This document shows, in pieces, positions 18,367 to 29,149 of a stretch of 64,000 bases of DNA. Numbering within the stretch: position 1 is the first letter of the stretch; every line of letters begins with the position of its first letter. A model generated the notes under the pieces. It saw only the letters and a program-made list of their open reading frames with translations, made no database searches and was not told the DNA's origin. The position numbers and the translations under genes were made by a program. Source of the stretch: Cypionkella sp. (GTDB taxonomy: Bacteria > Pseudomonadota > Alphaproteobacteria > Rhodobacterales > Rhodobacteraceae); the NCBI GenBank assembly GCA_043743975.1, contig JAYTVN010000048.1, forward strand, positions 21,984 to 85,983, written 5' to 3'.

Positions 18367-19905
18367 ATGACCGAACTTGCCCCCGTAAAGCTGACCTTTT
18401 CCGATGATCAGGCTGAAGCCTATGACCGCGTTGCGGCGGAATTGTTCAGCATGGGGATTGATCTGGACAATGGCGGGCTGGAGCCGCGCCCCGAGGACAA
18501 ATCCTCGGTTCTGGCGGTGGTCGGCAAGGCGGGGTCGGGCAAGACCATGCTTTTGGCCAGCCTTTACAAAGCTTTGGTCGCGGCGGGCGTTGATCTGGTC
18601 TCGGGTGATTACGAGCCGAAAAAGCGCAAGGAACGCCGTTCTTTGGCGATTTTGGCCCCGACCAACAAGGCGGCTTCGGTGCTGCGGATGCGCGGCGTGC
18701 CTGCGACCACGATCCACCGGATTCTCTACACCCCGGTCTATGACCCGCAATATGAAAAGATCGCCGAGTGGCTGACGGGCCAAGGCCCGCGCCCGGTGGT
18801 CGAAGGGCTGACCGAACTGGCGCTCGACCGTGCCCATGCATTTTATCAAAACGTCGCCTCAATCCCCGGCGCTTTGGCTGCGGCGGGGTTGCGCGGCTCC
18901 GATTTCATCAAGGGCTGGAAGCGGCGCGAGGAGCCACTGGATATCGGCTTTGTCGATGAATCCTCGATGCTGGATGAACGCGCTTTGGCCGATCTGCGTG
19001 AGATTTTCTCGACTTTGGTGCTGTTCGGCGATCCGGCGCAGTTGGCTCCGGTCGGGTTGTCGGGTGAGATGGTGTTTGACCGTCTGGGCGAGGGCCGCAA
19101 GCTGGTGCTGTCGCGCATCCACCGGCAGGCGCAGGACAATCCGATCTTGGATTTGGCGCATGCTTTGGGCGATCCCAACCTTGGCTTTGATGAATTTGAG
19201 CGCATGGTTGAGGCGGCCTCGAAAAAAGATGAGCGGGTGGTCTGGGCCGAGCGGGTCGATGCCGATCTGATGGCGCGCAGCCCGGTTTTGGTCTGGCGCA
19301 ATGCGACGCGGATCCGGTTGATCACGGCGTTTCGGTCGGCGCATGGCGCGCCGGATGATCAGTTGTTGCCGGGCGAGCCGTTGATTTGTGACGGGATTGA
19401 GCTGCCCTTGAAGCACCGCAAGAAGCGGATTGATCTGGAGGCGCGCGGGCTGATCAAGGGCGCGCAGGTGATCTATCTTGGCCCCGGCAATCGCGCCGGG
19501 TTTGCGAAGATTCATGTGGTGGGGGCGGAGGACCCGCAGGTCTCGGCCGCTTCGATCATCAAGATTGAACGCCCGGATGAGGATGAGCCGTTCATCGCCT
19601 CAGCGGCCACCATGGGGGCGGCGTTTCTGCATGGGGCGGCGGTGACGATCCATAAGGCGCAAGGCAGCCAGTGGGAAACCGTGCAGGTGTTCGCGCCGGA
19701 TTTGTATGCGGCGGCGGCGGCGGGGCGGTCTGAGGCCGGGGTTCCGTTGTGGAAACGGCTGGCTTATGTGGCGATCACCCGGGCGCAGCATCGACTGATG
19801 TGGGTGGTCAGGAACCGGCTGGCGCGGCCTTTGGAGGCGCTGACGGTGGAGGATTTGCGGCCCGCTTCGGTGCCGCTGGTTTTGAGCGGGCAGGGCGATG
19901 ACTAG
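18367..19905 (+). CDS. RecD-like SF1 ATP-dependent helicase
   Basis: GKAGSGKT, APTNKAA, TIHR, VDESSM, GDPAQL, TIHKAQGS and YVAITRA motifs. Confidence 0.92.
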   Translation: MTELAPVKLTFSDDQAEAYDRVAAELFSMGIDLDNGGLEPRPEDKSSVLAVVGKAGSGKTMLLASLYKALVAAGVDLVSGDYEPKKRKERRSLAILAPTNKAASVLRMRGVPATTIHRILYTPVYDPQYEKIAEWLTGQGPRPVVEGLTELALDRAHAFYQNVASIPGALAAAGLRGSDFIKGWKRREEPLDIGFVDESSMLDERALADLREIFSTLVLFGDPAQLAPVGLSGEMVFDRLGEGRKLVLSRIHRQAQDNPILDLAHALGDPNLGFDEFERMVEAASKKDERVVWAERVDADLMARSPVLVWRNATRIRLITAFRSAHGAPDDQLLPGEPLICDGIELPLKHRKKRIDLEARGLIKGAQVIYLGPGNRAGFAKIHVVGAEDPQVSAASIIKIERPDEDEPFIASAATMGAAFLHGAAVTIHKAQGSQWETVQVFAPDLYAAAAAGRSEAGVPLWKRLAYVAITRAQHRLMWVVRNRLARPLEALTVEDLRPASVPLVLSGQGDD

Positions 19906-19951
19906 ACTCTGGCGGGGGGTGCGCTAGGGTGGGGAAAACGATGAGGTTTCG

Positions 19952-20188
19952 ATGATCTGCGTGTTCGTTCAATTTCGCTGCACCCCCGGCAAGACCTATG
20001 AGGTCGCCACTGCGATTTATGATCGCGAGGTGGTGTCAGAATTGTATTCGACCTCGGGTGAGTATGATTTGATTGCGAAGATTTATATCCCCGAGGATGC
20101 CGATGTCGGGCATTATCTGTCGGAGAAGCTGTTTGATATTCCGGGCATCGTGCGGACTTTGACGACGATGACCTTCAAGGCGTTTTGA
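19952..20188 (+). CDS. Stand-alone Lrp/AsnC ligand-binding domain protein
   Basis: 78 aa, LYSTSGEYDLIAK...IPGIVRTLT. Confidence 0.85.
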   Translation: MICVFVQFRCTPGKTYEVATAIYDREVVSELYSTSGEYDLIAKIYIPEDADVGHYLSEKLFDIPGIVRTLTTMTFKAF

Positions 20189-20269
20189 GCGCGGGCAAGC
20201 TTGTCCACGCGTGGATAAATACTATAGCCGTTTGAAAACAGCGGCTTAGAAATCTCTGTTCACTTTTCG

Positions 20270-20656
20270 TTAACCTTCAAACATCACCGCGAGTTTGTTG
20301 CCGCTGGGGTCGCGCAGGTAGGCTGCATACCATGTCGGGCTGTAAATCTCGCGGATACCGGGGGCGCCTTCGTCCTTTGCACCCAAGGCCATGGCTGCGG
20401 CGTGGAAGCCATCGACCTCGGCACGGTTGCGCGCGGGCAGGCAGAGCATTTGACCGTTGCCGGGGCTGGCGGGTTCACCGTTGAACGGTGGTGCGACCCA
20501 GAATTTGAAGCCGATCCCGGTGCCGCCCTCGGAATAGCATTTCCAGCCGCCGGGGAAATCGGCATGGGCCGACCAGCCGATAATTTTCAGCACCGCGTCA
20601 TAGAAGGCGTGCGATTGCGCGGGGTCATTCGCGCCGAGCGTGATGTAGGCAGGCAT
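20270..20656 (-). CDS. VOC/glyoxalase family protein
   Basis: YITLGAND..FYD, PFNGEPASPGNG, DEGAPG.R and YLRDPSGNKL. Confidence 0.88.
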   Translation of the reverse strand: MPAYITLGANDPAQSHAFYDAVLKIIGWSAHADFPGGWKCYSEGGTGIGFKFWVAPPFNGEPASPGNGQMLCLPARNRAEVDGFHAAAMALGAKDEGAPGIREIYSPTWYAAYLRDPSGNKLAVMFEG

Positions 20657-20659
20657 GGG

Positions 20660-20760
20660 GGAGCCTCCGGCGGGGATATTTGGGCCAAGATGAAATTGCA
20701 GGCGGTTCGGAGTGGGGCGGCGGTGGAGCCTCCGGCGGGAGTATTTTGAAAAGAGCAAAT
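20660..20760. repeat. Two tandem REP-like copies
   Basis: GGAGCCTCCGGCGGGGATATTTGGGCCAAGATGAA and GGAGCCTCCGGCGGGAGTATTTTGAAAAGAGCAA. Confidence 0.7.
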
Positions 20761-20789
20761 GCTTTGGTGCGCTGCTTTGGAGGCGGCGG

Positions 20790-21452
20790 TTAGCGCAGGA
20801 TGGGCGGGCCGTCTTGGGTGGCGGCTTCGACGAAGGCGGTGATTTTACGCGGGTCTTTGATGCCGGGGCTGGATTCGACACCGGAGGAGACATCGACTTG
20901 CCGCGCATTGGTCAGCCGGATCGCTTCGGCGACGTTTTCGGGGGTAAGGCCGCCTGCCAGCATCCATGGCCGCAGCCAGCGGCGTTGGGCGACCAAGCGC
21001 CAGTCGAACGCAACACCATTGCCGCCGGGCAGAATGGCACCCTTGGGGGCTTTGGCGTCGATCATGATTTGATCGGCCACTGTGGAGAAGTCGAACAGGT
21101 CAGCCAGATCGCCTTCGTCTCGCACCCCAATCACTTTCATGACGGGTAAGCCGTAGCGGCTGCGGATCTCTGCCACACGCTCGGCTGTCTCATGGCCGTG
21201 CAGTTGCAGCATATCCAGCGGCATGGCCTCGGTGATCGCGTCGAGCAGGGCGTCATCGGCATCGACGGTCAAGGCGACTTTGGCCAGCCCGATCGGTGCG
21301 GCAAGCGCAAGGACGCGGGCTTCGGCAAGGCTTACATAGCGCGGTGATTTCGGAAAAAAGTTTAAGCCGATATAGGCCGCTCTGGCGGCAGTCACGGCCT
21401 CCACGTCAGCAACGGTTCGCAGACCGCAGATTTTCACGCGAATATCAGGCAT
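20790..21452 (-). CDS. trpF: Phosphoribosylanthranilate isomerase
   Basis: [26 protein letters not shown] and VDVSSGVE motifs. Confidence 0.97.
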   Translation of the reverse strand: MPDIRVKICGLRTVADVEAVTAARAAYIGLNFFPKSPRYVSLAEARVLALAAPIGLAKVALTVDADDALLDAITEAMPLDMLQLHGHETAERVAEIRSRYGLPVMKVIGVRDEGDLADLFDFSTVADQIMIDAKAPKGAILPGGNGVAFDWRLVAQRRWLRPWMLAGGLTPENVAEAIRLTNARQVDVSSGVESSPGIKDPRKITAFVEAATQDGPPILR

Positions 21453-21812
21453 TTACTTGGCCTTAGGGCGGTCGAGCAGGGCAAGAACGTCATCTTGCGG
21501 CAGCGAGGTGGCGTCGCGCATGGTGGCGAGTTCACGCTCCAGCTTGGAGACTTCGCGGGTTTTGCTGGAGGCCACAACGCGATGTTTATGCTCTCGCGCC
21601 CATTCCCACAGGAAGCCGACCAGCACGCCAATGACGATGCCACCAAACAGCACCACGAACACCGGCAGTTCCATCTGCCAAGTCACGCCCAGAAAGGCGG
21701 CAAAATCATCTGGCATGGCTTTCAGCAGAACCGGGCTGCGGTTGGCCAAAGCCACGATCAGCAGGGCGAGGCCCACAGCCGCCAAGATCAGATAGCGCAG
21801 GTAACGAAACAT
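21453..21812 (-). CDS. lapA: LapA-family membrane protein
   Basis: Two TM helices plus a coiled C-terminus; conserved position after ihfB. Confidence 0.8.
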   Translation of the reverse strand: MFRYLRYLILAAVGLALLIVALANRSPVLLKAMPDDFAAFLGVTWQMELPVFVVLFGGIVIGVLVGFLWEWAREHKHRVVASSKTREVSKLERELATMRDATSLPQDDVLALLDRPKAK

Positions 21813-21875
21813 CGGATCGCCTTTTCGCAGGTGCAGACCCTATATTGTGGTGATCGCGCCGGGGTGCAATGCGGC

Positions 21876-22157
21876 TTATTTGGCGTTGAGCCGATCGCGC
21901 AGCAGTTTGCCGGTTTTGAAGAACGGAACCTTCTTATCCTCGACGCTGACGGCCTCACCGGTGCGGGGGTTGCGACCGACACGCGCATCGCGGGCTTTCA
22001 CCGAGAAGGCGCCAAAGCCGCGCAATTCGACCCGGTCGCCTTTGGCGAGGGCTTCGATGATTTCCTCAAACACCGTGTTGACGATGCGTTCCACATGGCG
22101 CTGCGTCAGGTGCGGATTTTCATCCGCGATTTTTTGGATCAGTTCAGACCGGATCAT
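21876..22157 (-). CDS. ihfB: Integration host factor beta subunit
   Basis: [25 protein letters not shown] and PFFKTGK motifs. Confidence 0.97.
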   Translation of the reverse strand: MIRSELIQKIADENPHLTQRHVERIVNTVFEEIIEALAKGDRVELRGFGAFSVKARDARVGRNPRTGEAVSVEDKKVPFFKTGKLLRDRLNAK

Positions 22158-22286
22158 CCGCGATATCCCCCTAGTGGTGCCGCGCCCCGTTGATGGGATT
22201 CTCGGCCGTGCCAACCTGTTACGCATTGGACTATAGGCATAATTTCCAAAGGCACAAACAAAATTGCAAGCTAAAGGTGCCAAAGC

Positions 22287-22317
22287 AAAGGACCCCGTGT
22301 TGCCACGGGGTCCCTTT
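22287..22317 (-). terminator. Hairpin terminator after rpsA
   Basis: GGACCCCGTG-ttgc-CACGGGGTCC stem with T-rich flanks. Confidence 0.7.
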
Positions 22318-22337
22318 ATCGACTGCGGACAGTCAGA

Positions 22338-24017
22338 TTAGCTGCGGTCGCCCTTCAGAGCCGCACCGAGGATGTCGCCCAAGCTGGCGCCCGAATCGGA
22401 CGAACCATATTGTTCGACAGCTTCTTTCTCTTCCGCGATCTCACGCGCTTTGATCGACAGACCCATGCGGCGGGTTTTCGGATCAATGTTGGTGACGCGC
22501 ACGTCGATCTTGTCGCCAACGCTGAAACGCTCTGGGCGTTGGTCAGCGCGCTCGCGCGACAGGTCAGAACGGCGGATGAAGGATTTCGCGCCGTTGTATT
22601 CAACCTCAACGCCGCCTTCTTCAATCGCGGTGACGACGACGGTGATGATACCGCCACGTTTCACGCCATCAACTGCATCGGTGAAGGTGTCTTCGCCCAA
22701 GGCTTTGATCGAGAGCGAGATACGCTCTTTCTCAACGTCAACTTCGGTGACCGAAGCGGTGACGGTGTCGCCCTTACGGTAGTTCTGGATCGCGTCTTCG
22801 CCGCGCTGATCCCACGAGAGGTCAGAGAGGTGAACCATACCGTCGATGTCGTTGTCGAGGCCGACGAACAGACCGAATTCGGTGATGTTCTTGACTTCGC
22901 CTTCGATGTTGGTGCCGATCGGATGGGTTTCGGCAAACACTTCCCACGGGTTGCGCTGGGGCTGCTTGAGGCCCAGAGACACGCGGCGTTTGGTGCTGTC
23001 GATTTCCAGAACCATAACTTCCACTTCCTGCGAGGTCGAAACGATCTTGCCGGGGTGGACGTTTTTCTTGGTCCAGGACATTTCCGAGACGTGGACGAGG
23101 CCTTCAACACCGGCTTCCAGCTCCACGAAGGCGCCGTAATCGGTGATGTTGGTGACACGGCCTTTGTGCACGGTGCCGATGGCGTAGAGTTTCTCAACAG
23201 CATCCCACGGATCGGATTGCAGTTGCTTCATGCCCAGCGAAATGCGGTGGGTGTCTTTGTTGATCTTGATGACTTGCACCTTGATCGTCTCACCAATCGC
23301 CAGAATCTCCGACGGGTGGTTGACGCGACGCCACGCCATATCGGTGACGTGCAGCAGACCGTCAACGCCGCCCAAGTCCACAAACGCACCGTATTCGGTG
23401 ATGTTTTTCACAACGCCGTCAATGGTTTGGCCTTCGGTCAGGTTGCCGATGACTTCCGCACGCTGTTCTGCACGCGACTCTTCGAGGATGGCGCGACGCG
23501 ACACCACGATATTGCCACGGCGGCGATCCATTTTCAGGATCTGGAACGGCTGCTTCATGCCCATCAGCGGGCCAGCATCGCGCACGGGGCGCACATCGAC
23601 TTGGCTGCCAGGCAGGAAGGCGACAGCGCCGCCCAGATCCACCGTGAAGCCGCCTTTGACACGGCCAAAGATCGCGCCATCGACGCGGGTCTCGGTCGCA
23701 TAGGCTTTTTCCAGACGATCCCAAGCTTCTTCGCGGCGGGCTTTCTCGCGCGAGATTTGGGCTTCGCCGCAGGCATTTTCCACGCGGTCGAGGTAGACTT
23801 CCACGGTGTCGCCGACGTTGATATTGGGCAGCTCACCGGGGTTAGCGAATTCTTTCAGATCGATGCGGCCTTCCATCTTGTAGCCGACGTCGATGATGGC
23901 CTGGCCCGCTTCGATCGCGATAACCTTGCCTTTGACAACCGTTCCCTCTTCGGGGGTGTCGATCTCAAAGCTCTCTTTCAAGAGGGCTTCAAATTCGTCC
24001 ATAGCTTTGGAGTTCAT
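22338..24017 (-). CDS. rpsA: 30S ribosomal protein S1
   Basis: Repeated S1 domains (VKNITEYGAFVDLGGVDGLLH and similar). Confidence 0.99.
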   Translation of the reverse strand: MNSKAMDEFEALLKESFEIDTPEEGTVVKGKVIAIEAGQAIIDVGYKMEGRIDLKEFANPGELPNINVGDTVEVYLDRVENACGEAQISREKARREEAWDRLEKAYATETRVDGAIFGRVKGGFTVDLGGAVAFLPGSQVDVRPVRDAGPLMGMKQPFQILKMDRRRGNIVVSRRAILEESRAEQRAEVIGNLTEGQTIDGVVKNITEYGAFVDLGGVDGLLHVTDMAWRRVNHPSEILAIGETIKVQVIKINKDTHRISLGMKQLQSDPWDAVEKLYAIGTVHKGRVTNITDYGAFVELEAGVEGLVHVSEMSWTKKNVHPGKIVSTSQEVEVMVLEIDSTKRRVSLGLKQPQRNPWEVFAETHPIGTNIEGEVKNITEFGLFVGLDNDIDGMVHLSDLSWDQRGEDAIQNYRKGDTVTASVTEVDVEKERISLSIKALGEDTFTDAVDGVKRGGIITVVVTAIEEGGVEVEYNGAKSFIRRSDLSRERADQRPERFSVGDKIDVRVTNIDPKTRRMGLSIKAREIAEEKEAVEQYGSSDSGASLGDILGAALKGDRS

Positions 24018-24222
24018 GTAGTTTGGGTCCTTTTTTCGATATGTCACTGGCCATGCGGTTGGCTCCGCCGGTCTTGGCTGCAATAAGGATAGGGCTGTGG
24101 CATAAGCCCGACCCTGTCCGTGCGCGTATCTAGGGGGAATGGGGGGATTCGGCAAGGGGGAAGCGGCGGGCAACATAGCCGCCCGCCCTTTGTTTTATTC
24201 AAGATTTTGCCGGCGTTTTCGC

Positions 24223-24849
24223 CTAGGCTTTAGCCTTGCAGATAGCCAAAGCCCCCGTGCTGGCTTGAATTTCGGCTTTGAAATGCGTGGGTCCGTCCTG
24301 AATGACTGACCAGTAACGGGCGAGACCTTTGCCTGCTTTCACCGTTGCACCCGAGGCGACCACCCCAGAGCGCTCCACCAGTTGCGCCATTTCACCAACC
24401 GCGCAGCTGATGTTATTGAGCGGGTCTTTCAGGCTGTCGTTTGATTTGTCCATGCTGCACCATGACAAATTGTCTTCATAAGACATCTGGAACAGTCCGA
24501 TGGAGTCGACTCCCAGCGGAGGTGGCTCCGCAAACACCGTGTCGGGCTTGTAGTTGCTTTCGCGTTTGGCAATCGCCACCGCCAGCGTTGCCAGCACTTC
24601 GACCCGGTCCGCATCGGGCAGATTTGCATAGTTGGGGCAATAGGCCGCGATATCGGCGGGGGTGCCAAAACGCGCCACTTGCGCCATCAGAGACTGCCGC
24701 AGATGTGCCGACCAAGCTTTGCGCTCCGGATGGCCATTTTCCCATGCCAAAGCGGGGCTTGGTGCTGGGCTGGGCTTTGGCGGTTGCGGGCTGGCAATAC
24801 AGGCCACCAACGCAAGGCCAAGCAGCGGGATCAGATAAAACAACTTCAT
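24223..24849 (-). CDS. Lytic-transglycosylase (SLT)-like lipoprotein
   Basis: Lipobox LVAC, Pro-rich linker, AKRES catalytic Glu motif, GLFQM motif, DP..NI. Confidence 0.7.
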   Translation of the reverse strand: MKLFYLIPLLGLALVACIASPQPPKPSPAPSPALAWENGHPERKAWSAHLRQSLMAQVARFGTPADIAAYCPNYANLPDADRVEVLATLAVAIAKRESNYKPDTVFAEPPPLGVDSIGLFQMSYEDNLSWCSMDKSNDSLKDPLNNISCAVGEMAQLVERSGVVASGATVKAGKGLARYWSVIQDGPTHFKAEIQASTGALAICKAKA

Positions 24850-24940
24850 CACACACTCCATCAAAAGCGACTAAGGCGCGTATCTTGCCACAGTTTGCCG
24901 ATTCTGGATGTATAAAACGGGTCGTATTGATCGCTGGGCG

Positions 24941-25348
24941 CTACTTCATCGTCGCCAAATAGGCCGCCATATCCTCGGCGCCATTGCCCATTTTGAAGCC
25001 CATCTTGGCGATGACGCTGGCATCGCCGGATTCCTCTTTCACCCAAGCGGTTGGGTTGGTGATGTAGGCGGCGAGTTTGGCTTCATCCCAGACATCGCCC
25101 TTGGCGTTCAGTGCCAGCAGGCCGGTGCCATATTTGAAATCCGGGTAGCTGCCGATGGGGCGACCGATCACGCCGTAAAGGTTGGGCCCGGTTTTGCCGC
25201 CCATTTGTTTGGCGGTGCCGTCGGCGGCGATGATCGAATGGCAGGCTTTGCAGCGGTTGAACAGCTTTTCGCCTTTGCTGGCATCACCTTCGGCAAGGGC
25301 GGGGGGGGCGAGGCTCAGCAGGGTGAGGGCGATCAGGGCGGCTTTCAT
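24941..25348 (-). CDS. Class I cytochrome c (c2-like)
   Basis: Signal peptide, CKACH heme motif, GPNLYGV, KM axial Met. Confidence 0.92.
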   Translation of the reverse strand: MKAALIALTLLSLAPPALAEGDASKGEKLFNRCKACHSIIAADGTAKQMGGKTGPNLYGVIGRPIGSYPDFKYGTGLLALNAKGDVWDEAKLAAYITNPTAWVKEESGDASVIAKMGFKMGNGAEDMAAYLATMK

Positions 25349-25438
25349 TGGGGCGGGCTCCTTTGGGGGCTGGCTAGCGGGCGCGGGTTGCGCGCTCGTT
25401 TGCCAGATCATAGCCCGGCTTGCGTTGATTCACATCAA

Positions 25439-27053
25439 TTAGCTGCTGAGTGCTTCAAACAGCCGCGCCACGGCTTCGGCACCGGGGTCGATGTGGCCAC
25501 TGAGATTGCCCGCATTGATATAGGCGGCGCGGCCCGCCTTGGCGCTGAGCATGGTGGCGGTGTGGTTGGCCCCTTTGCGGGCGGCATCTGCTGCAGCTTG
25601 CAGGCCATGGTCAAGGGCATCGAGCGCGGGTTGCAGCGCGTCAATCATGGTGCGGTCGCCGAGTTTTGCGCCGCCGATCTGCTGCATCCGCTCCAGCCCC
25701 GCGCGTAGGGAATCGCGCATGGTCAGGCCGCTTGAGGCGGCATCACCAGCGGCGGCGAAGAAGATCGCGAGCAGCACACCCGAGGAGCCGTCCATGGTTT
25801 GACTGAGTTCAAGCCCGATGGCGCGGTACAGCTGGGTATGATCGGACAGTGGCAACTGATCGACGGCGTCGATCAGGGCGTGGGCGGCACCTGACAGGGT
25901 CGATCCAGTGTCGCCGTCGCCGGATTTGGCATCGAGCGCGTTGAGGTCAGATTCCAGCGAAATCATGATCTGGCAGCATTTGATTAGGAAATCTTTAGTG
26001 GGTTTGTGTTGGGATGGAATTGGGCGAATAGGCGTCAGCCCATCCGGAAGGGCTTTGGTTTTGACGGGCGTGTTCGGTTGGCAACCGGGCCATGCCGAGA
26101 GGGGAACGGGGGCTTTGAGGGCGGTTTCGATTTGCGGGGTGAGCGGCAGGAGGGAGATCGAGACGCCGCGCATATCCAGCGAGGTCATCATGGCGGCGGG
26201 ACCGATGATGTATTTTACTTTGGCCCCGAGAGCAGAGCGGAGGAGTTCGTAGGCCAGCACCGACATTTCCAATTCAGACGCGCCGCCGAGGTTGTTCAGC
26301 AGGGCGACATAGGGGCCGTCTTTGGGATCAAGCTTGGCGATCATCGCGGCCATAGCCTGCGCCGCATCGCTGAAAGCGATTTGTTCAACGCCGGGTTCGC
26401 CGTGGATGCCAAGGCCGAGTTCGGCCATGCCTTGCGGGATGCGGTTTTCTTTGGCTGATCCTGGGACGGTGCAGGTATCCAGCGACATGCCGATCGAGGT
26501 GGTGCCTGCGATGACCTGTTCGGCGGCTTGGGTGACGGCGGCAAGGTCGTGGCCATTTTCAGCCAGATGGCCCGCGATCTTGTGGACAAACAGCGTGCCC
26601 GCAAGGCCGCGCGATTGCGGCAGATTGGGGAGGGCGATGTCATCATCGACGATCACCATGCTGACCTTCAGGCCAAAAGCGCGGGCGCGCTCAGCCGCAA
26701 GGCCGAAGTTGAGGCGATCTCCGGTGTAGTTTTTCACGATCAGCAGGCAGCCTGCGGGGCCAGTGACGGCAAGGATACCCGCCAGCACCGCATCGAGGGA
26801 AGGGCTGGCGAAGACATCGCCGCAAACAGCGGCGGTCAGCATGCCGGGGCCGACGAAACCCGCGTGCGCAGGCTCATGGCCGGAGCCACCGCCCGAGACG
26901 AGGGCGACGCGGGATTTGTCCCAATCGGCGCGCAGCACGACGCGGATGTGGGGGGTAGCCGTCGAGCCGTTGAAGCCGCCCGCCAGAGGCCATCAGCAAG
27001 CCGTCAATCGCCTCGGTCACGATGTTTTCGCGTTTGTTCATGAATTGGGTCAT
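25439..27053 (-). pseudogene. dhaK: Dihydroxyacetone kinase (DAK1-DAK2 fusion), +1 frameshift at G6 26950-26955
   Basis: MTQFMNKRE...DGYP then frame change to VLRADWDKSRVALVSGGGSGHEPAH; GDGDTG, GDRTMIDAL and DPGA motifs; G5 restores GYPHIRVV. Confidence 0.85.
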
Positions 27054-27063
27054 CGTGGTCTCC

Positions 27064-28059
27064 TTAAACAATACGGGTGCCGCTGGCGTCGAAATAGAAC
27101 GGGCGCTGCGGCTGGATTTTCAGGATGTCGCCACTGCGCAAAGGGGTGTGTGCCTCGGTCACGGTGGTGAGGTCGTAGTTTTTGAACGACAAATGCAGCC
27201 GGGTTTGATCGCCCAAGTGTTCGATGCGTTTCACCAAAGCGTCTTGGCCTGCGCCTTGCTGGATGTGTTCCGGGCGCAGGCCGATTTTCGCGGCATTTAG
27301 GGGCGCGGGGCCGAACAGATCGGCGGGCAGGATGTTGATATGCGGCTGCCCCAAGCGGCCAGCGGCGTAGATGCTGACGGGTTGTTCATAGATTTCGCGC
27401 GGGGTGCCGAATTGCACCAGCTTGCCATGGTCAAGCACGCCGACATGGGTGGCCATGGTCATCGCTTCGATCTGGTCATGGGTGACATAGAGGAAGGTCG
27501 CACCGAGGTTGGCTTGGATGTTTTTCAGCTCCACCCGCAGATCGGCGCGGAGTTTGGCGTCGAGGGAGGAGAGCGGTTCATCCATCAGATAAACGGCGGG
27601 GTTTCTGACAAGGGCGCGACCGATGGAGACGCGCTGCATCTCGCCACCTGACAGGGCCGTCGCCTTGTTGTCGAGTTTGTGGGAAATTTGCAGGATTTCC
27701 GCGACTTCGGCGACTTTGCGGGTGATCTCGGCGCGCGGGGTGCGCAGCAGCGGCGATTTCAGCGGGAATTCCATGTTTTCGCGCACGGTGAGATGGGGGT
27801 AGAGCGAGTATTGCTGGAACACCATCGCGACATTGCGCTGGGCGGGGGTGAGGCCCTTTGTGCTCTGGCCGCCGATCAGGATGTCGCCTTGGTCGGGTTT
27901 GTCGAGGCCGGAAACCATGCGCAGGGTGGTGGTTTTGCCTGCTCCGGTGGGCCCGAGCAGCACGACGAAAGCACCGTCGGGCACCGTCATGTTGACGCCT
28001 GAAAGCGCGGTTTGGCTGCCATAGCTTTTGCTGACGTTCTGGAGGATCACTTCAGCCAT
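27064..28059 (-). CDS. Carbohydrate ABC transporter ATP-binding protein (MalK-like)
   Basis: GPTGAGKT, LSGGEMQR, MDEPLSSLD, VTHDQ. Confidence 0.93.
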   Translation of the reverse strand: MAEVILQNVSKSYGSQTALSGVNMTVPDGAFVVLLGPTGAGKTTTLRMVSGLDKPDQGDILIGGQSTKGLTPAQRNVAMVFQQYSLYPHLTVRENMEFPLKSPLLRTPRAEITRKVAEVAEILQISHKLDNKATALSGGEMQRVSIGRALVRNPAVYLMDEPLSSLDAKLRADLRVELKNIQANLGATFLYVTHDQIEAMTMATHVGVLDHGKLVQFGTPREIYEQPVSIYAAGRLGQPHINILPADLFGPAPLNAAKIGLRPEHIQQGAGQDALVKRIEHLGDQTRLHLSFKNYDLTTVTEAHTPLRSGDILKIQPQRPFYFDASGTRIV

Positions 28060-29146
28060 GGGACAGAACCTTTTGATTGGCCTCAGAAATCAGCGCGTGG
28101 CCCGAGGGGGCGAACAGGGTGATCGAACGGGGATCGAAGGCGAGGCCGGTGGTCGCGCCGATGGGGGCGGCTTGGGTTGAAGCGGTGCGGGCTTTCACCG
28201 GGCCGTGCGGGGTGTCGAGGGTGATGATCTGGGTGGTCCCGAGGTATTCGGCGGCGCGGATGCGGGCTTTGAGCGGGGCAGCATCGTCGAGGCGGATGTG
28301 TTCGGGACGCACACCGAGGGTCAAGGGGCCGTTGGCGCCGCTGATCATCGGCGGGATTTTTATCGCGGCCTCGGAGAGGGTGACTTCGGTGGAACCGTTG
28401 CCGACCATACCGTCGAAATTCAGCAGGTTCATCGCGGGCGATCCGATGAAGCGGGCGACGAAAGTGGTGGCGGGCCAGTCGTAAATCTCTTGCGGGCGGC
28501 CGAATTGTTCGACAACGCCGTGGTTCATCACCACGATTTTGTCGCCCATCTGCATGGCTTCGAGTTGGTCATGGGTGACGTAAACCGTCGTCGCGCGCAT
28601 GCGGTCGTGCAGGGCGCGCAGCTCCAAGGCCATGTGTTCGCGGAATTCGGCGTCCAGCGCGCCGAGGGGTTCGTCCATGAGGAAACAGGCGGGGTCGCGG
28701 ACGATGGCGCGGCCTAATGCTACCCGTTGGCGATCACCGCCGGACAAGCCTCCGACGGGCTTTTCGAGGATCGACGTGATGCCGAGGATTTCGGCGACTT
28801 CGTTGACTTTGGCGCGGACTTGGTCGCGCTTCATGCCTTGGCTGACCAGCGGATAAGAGATGTTTTTACGCACATTCATATGCGGATAAAGCGCGAACAT
28901 CTGGAACACGAAGGCGATGTCGCGCTGACTGGCGGGCTTTTGGGACACCTCGGCGCCGTCGATGAAAATCTCACCTGCGGTGGGCAGTTCCAGTCCTGCG
29001 ATCATCCGCAGGGTGGTGGTTTTGCCGCAACCTGACGGCCCCAGCAGCATGAAAAACTCGCCGTCCTCGATGGTGAAGCTGGAGGATTGCACGGCGGTAA
29101 AGGCACCGAATTCTTTGCGCAGGCTTTTGATGACGATTTGGGCCAT
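28052..29146 (-). CDS. Carbohydrate ABC transporter ATP-binding protein (MalK-like)
   Basis: GPSGCGKT, LSGGDRQR, MDEPLGALD. Confidence 0.93.
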   Translation of the reverse strand: MAQIVIKSLRKEFGAFTAVQSSSFTIEDGEFFMLLGPSGCGKTTTLRMIAGLELPTAGEIFIDGAEVSQKPASQRDIAFVFQMFALYPHMNVRKNISYPLVSQGMKRDQVRAKVNEVAEILGITSILEKPVGGLSGGDRQRVALGRAIVRDPACFLMDEPLGALDAEFREHMALELRALHDRMRATTVYVTHDQLEAMQMGDKIVVMNHGVVEQFGRPQEIYDWPATTFVARFIGSPAMNLLNFDGMVGNGSTEVTLSEAAIKIPPMISGANGPLTLGVRPEHIRLDDAAPLKARIRAAEYLGTTQIITLDTPHGPVKARTASTQAAPIGATTGLAFDPRSITLFAPSGHALISEANQKVLSHG

Positions 29147-29149
29147 CAC

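Noticed and set aside
18367-19905. RecD-like helicase as part of a defence system
   Set aside because: Host-like GC, core-gene neighbourhood and no partner nuclease or effector
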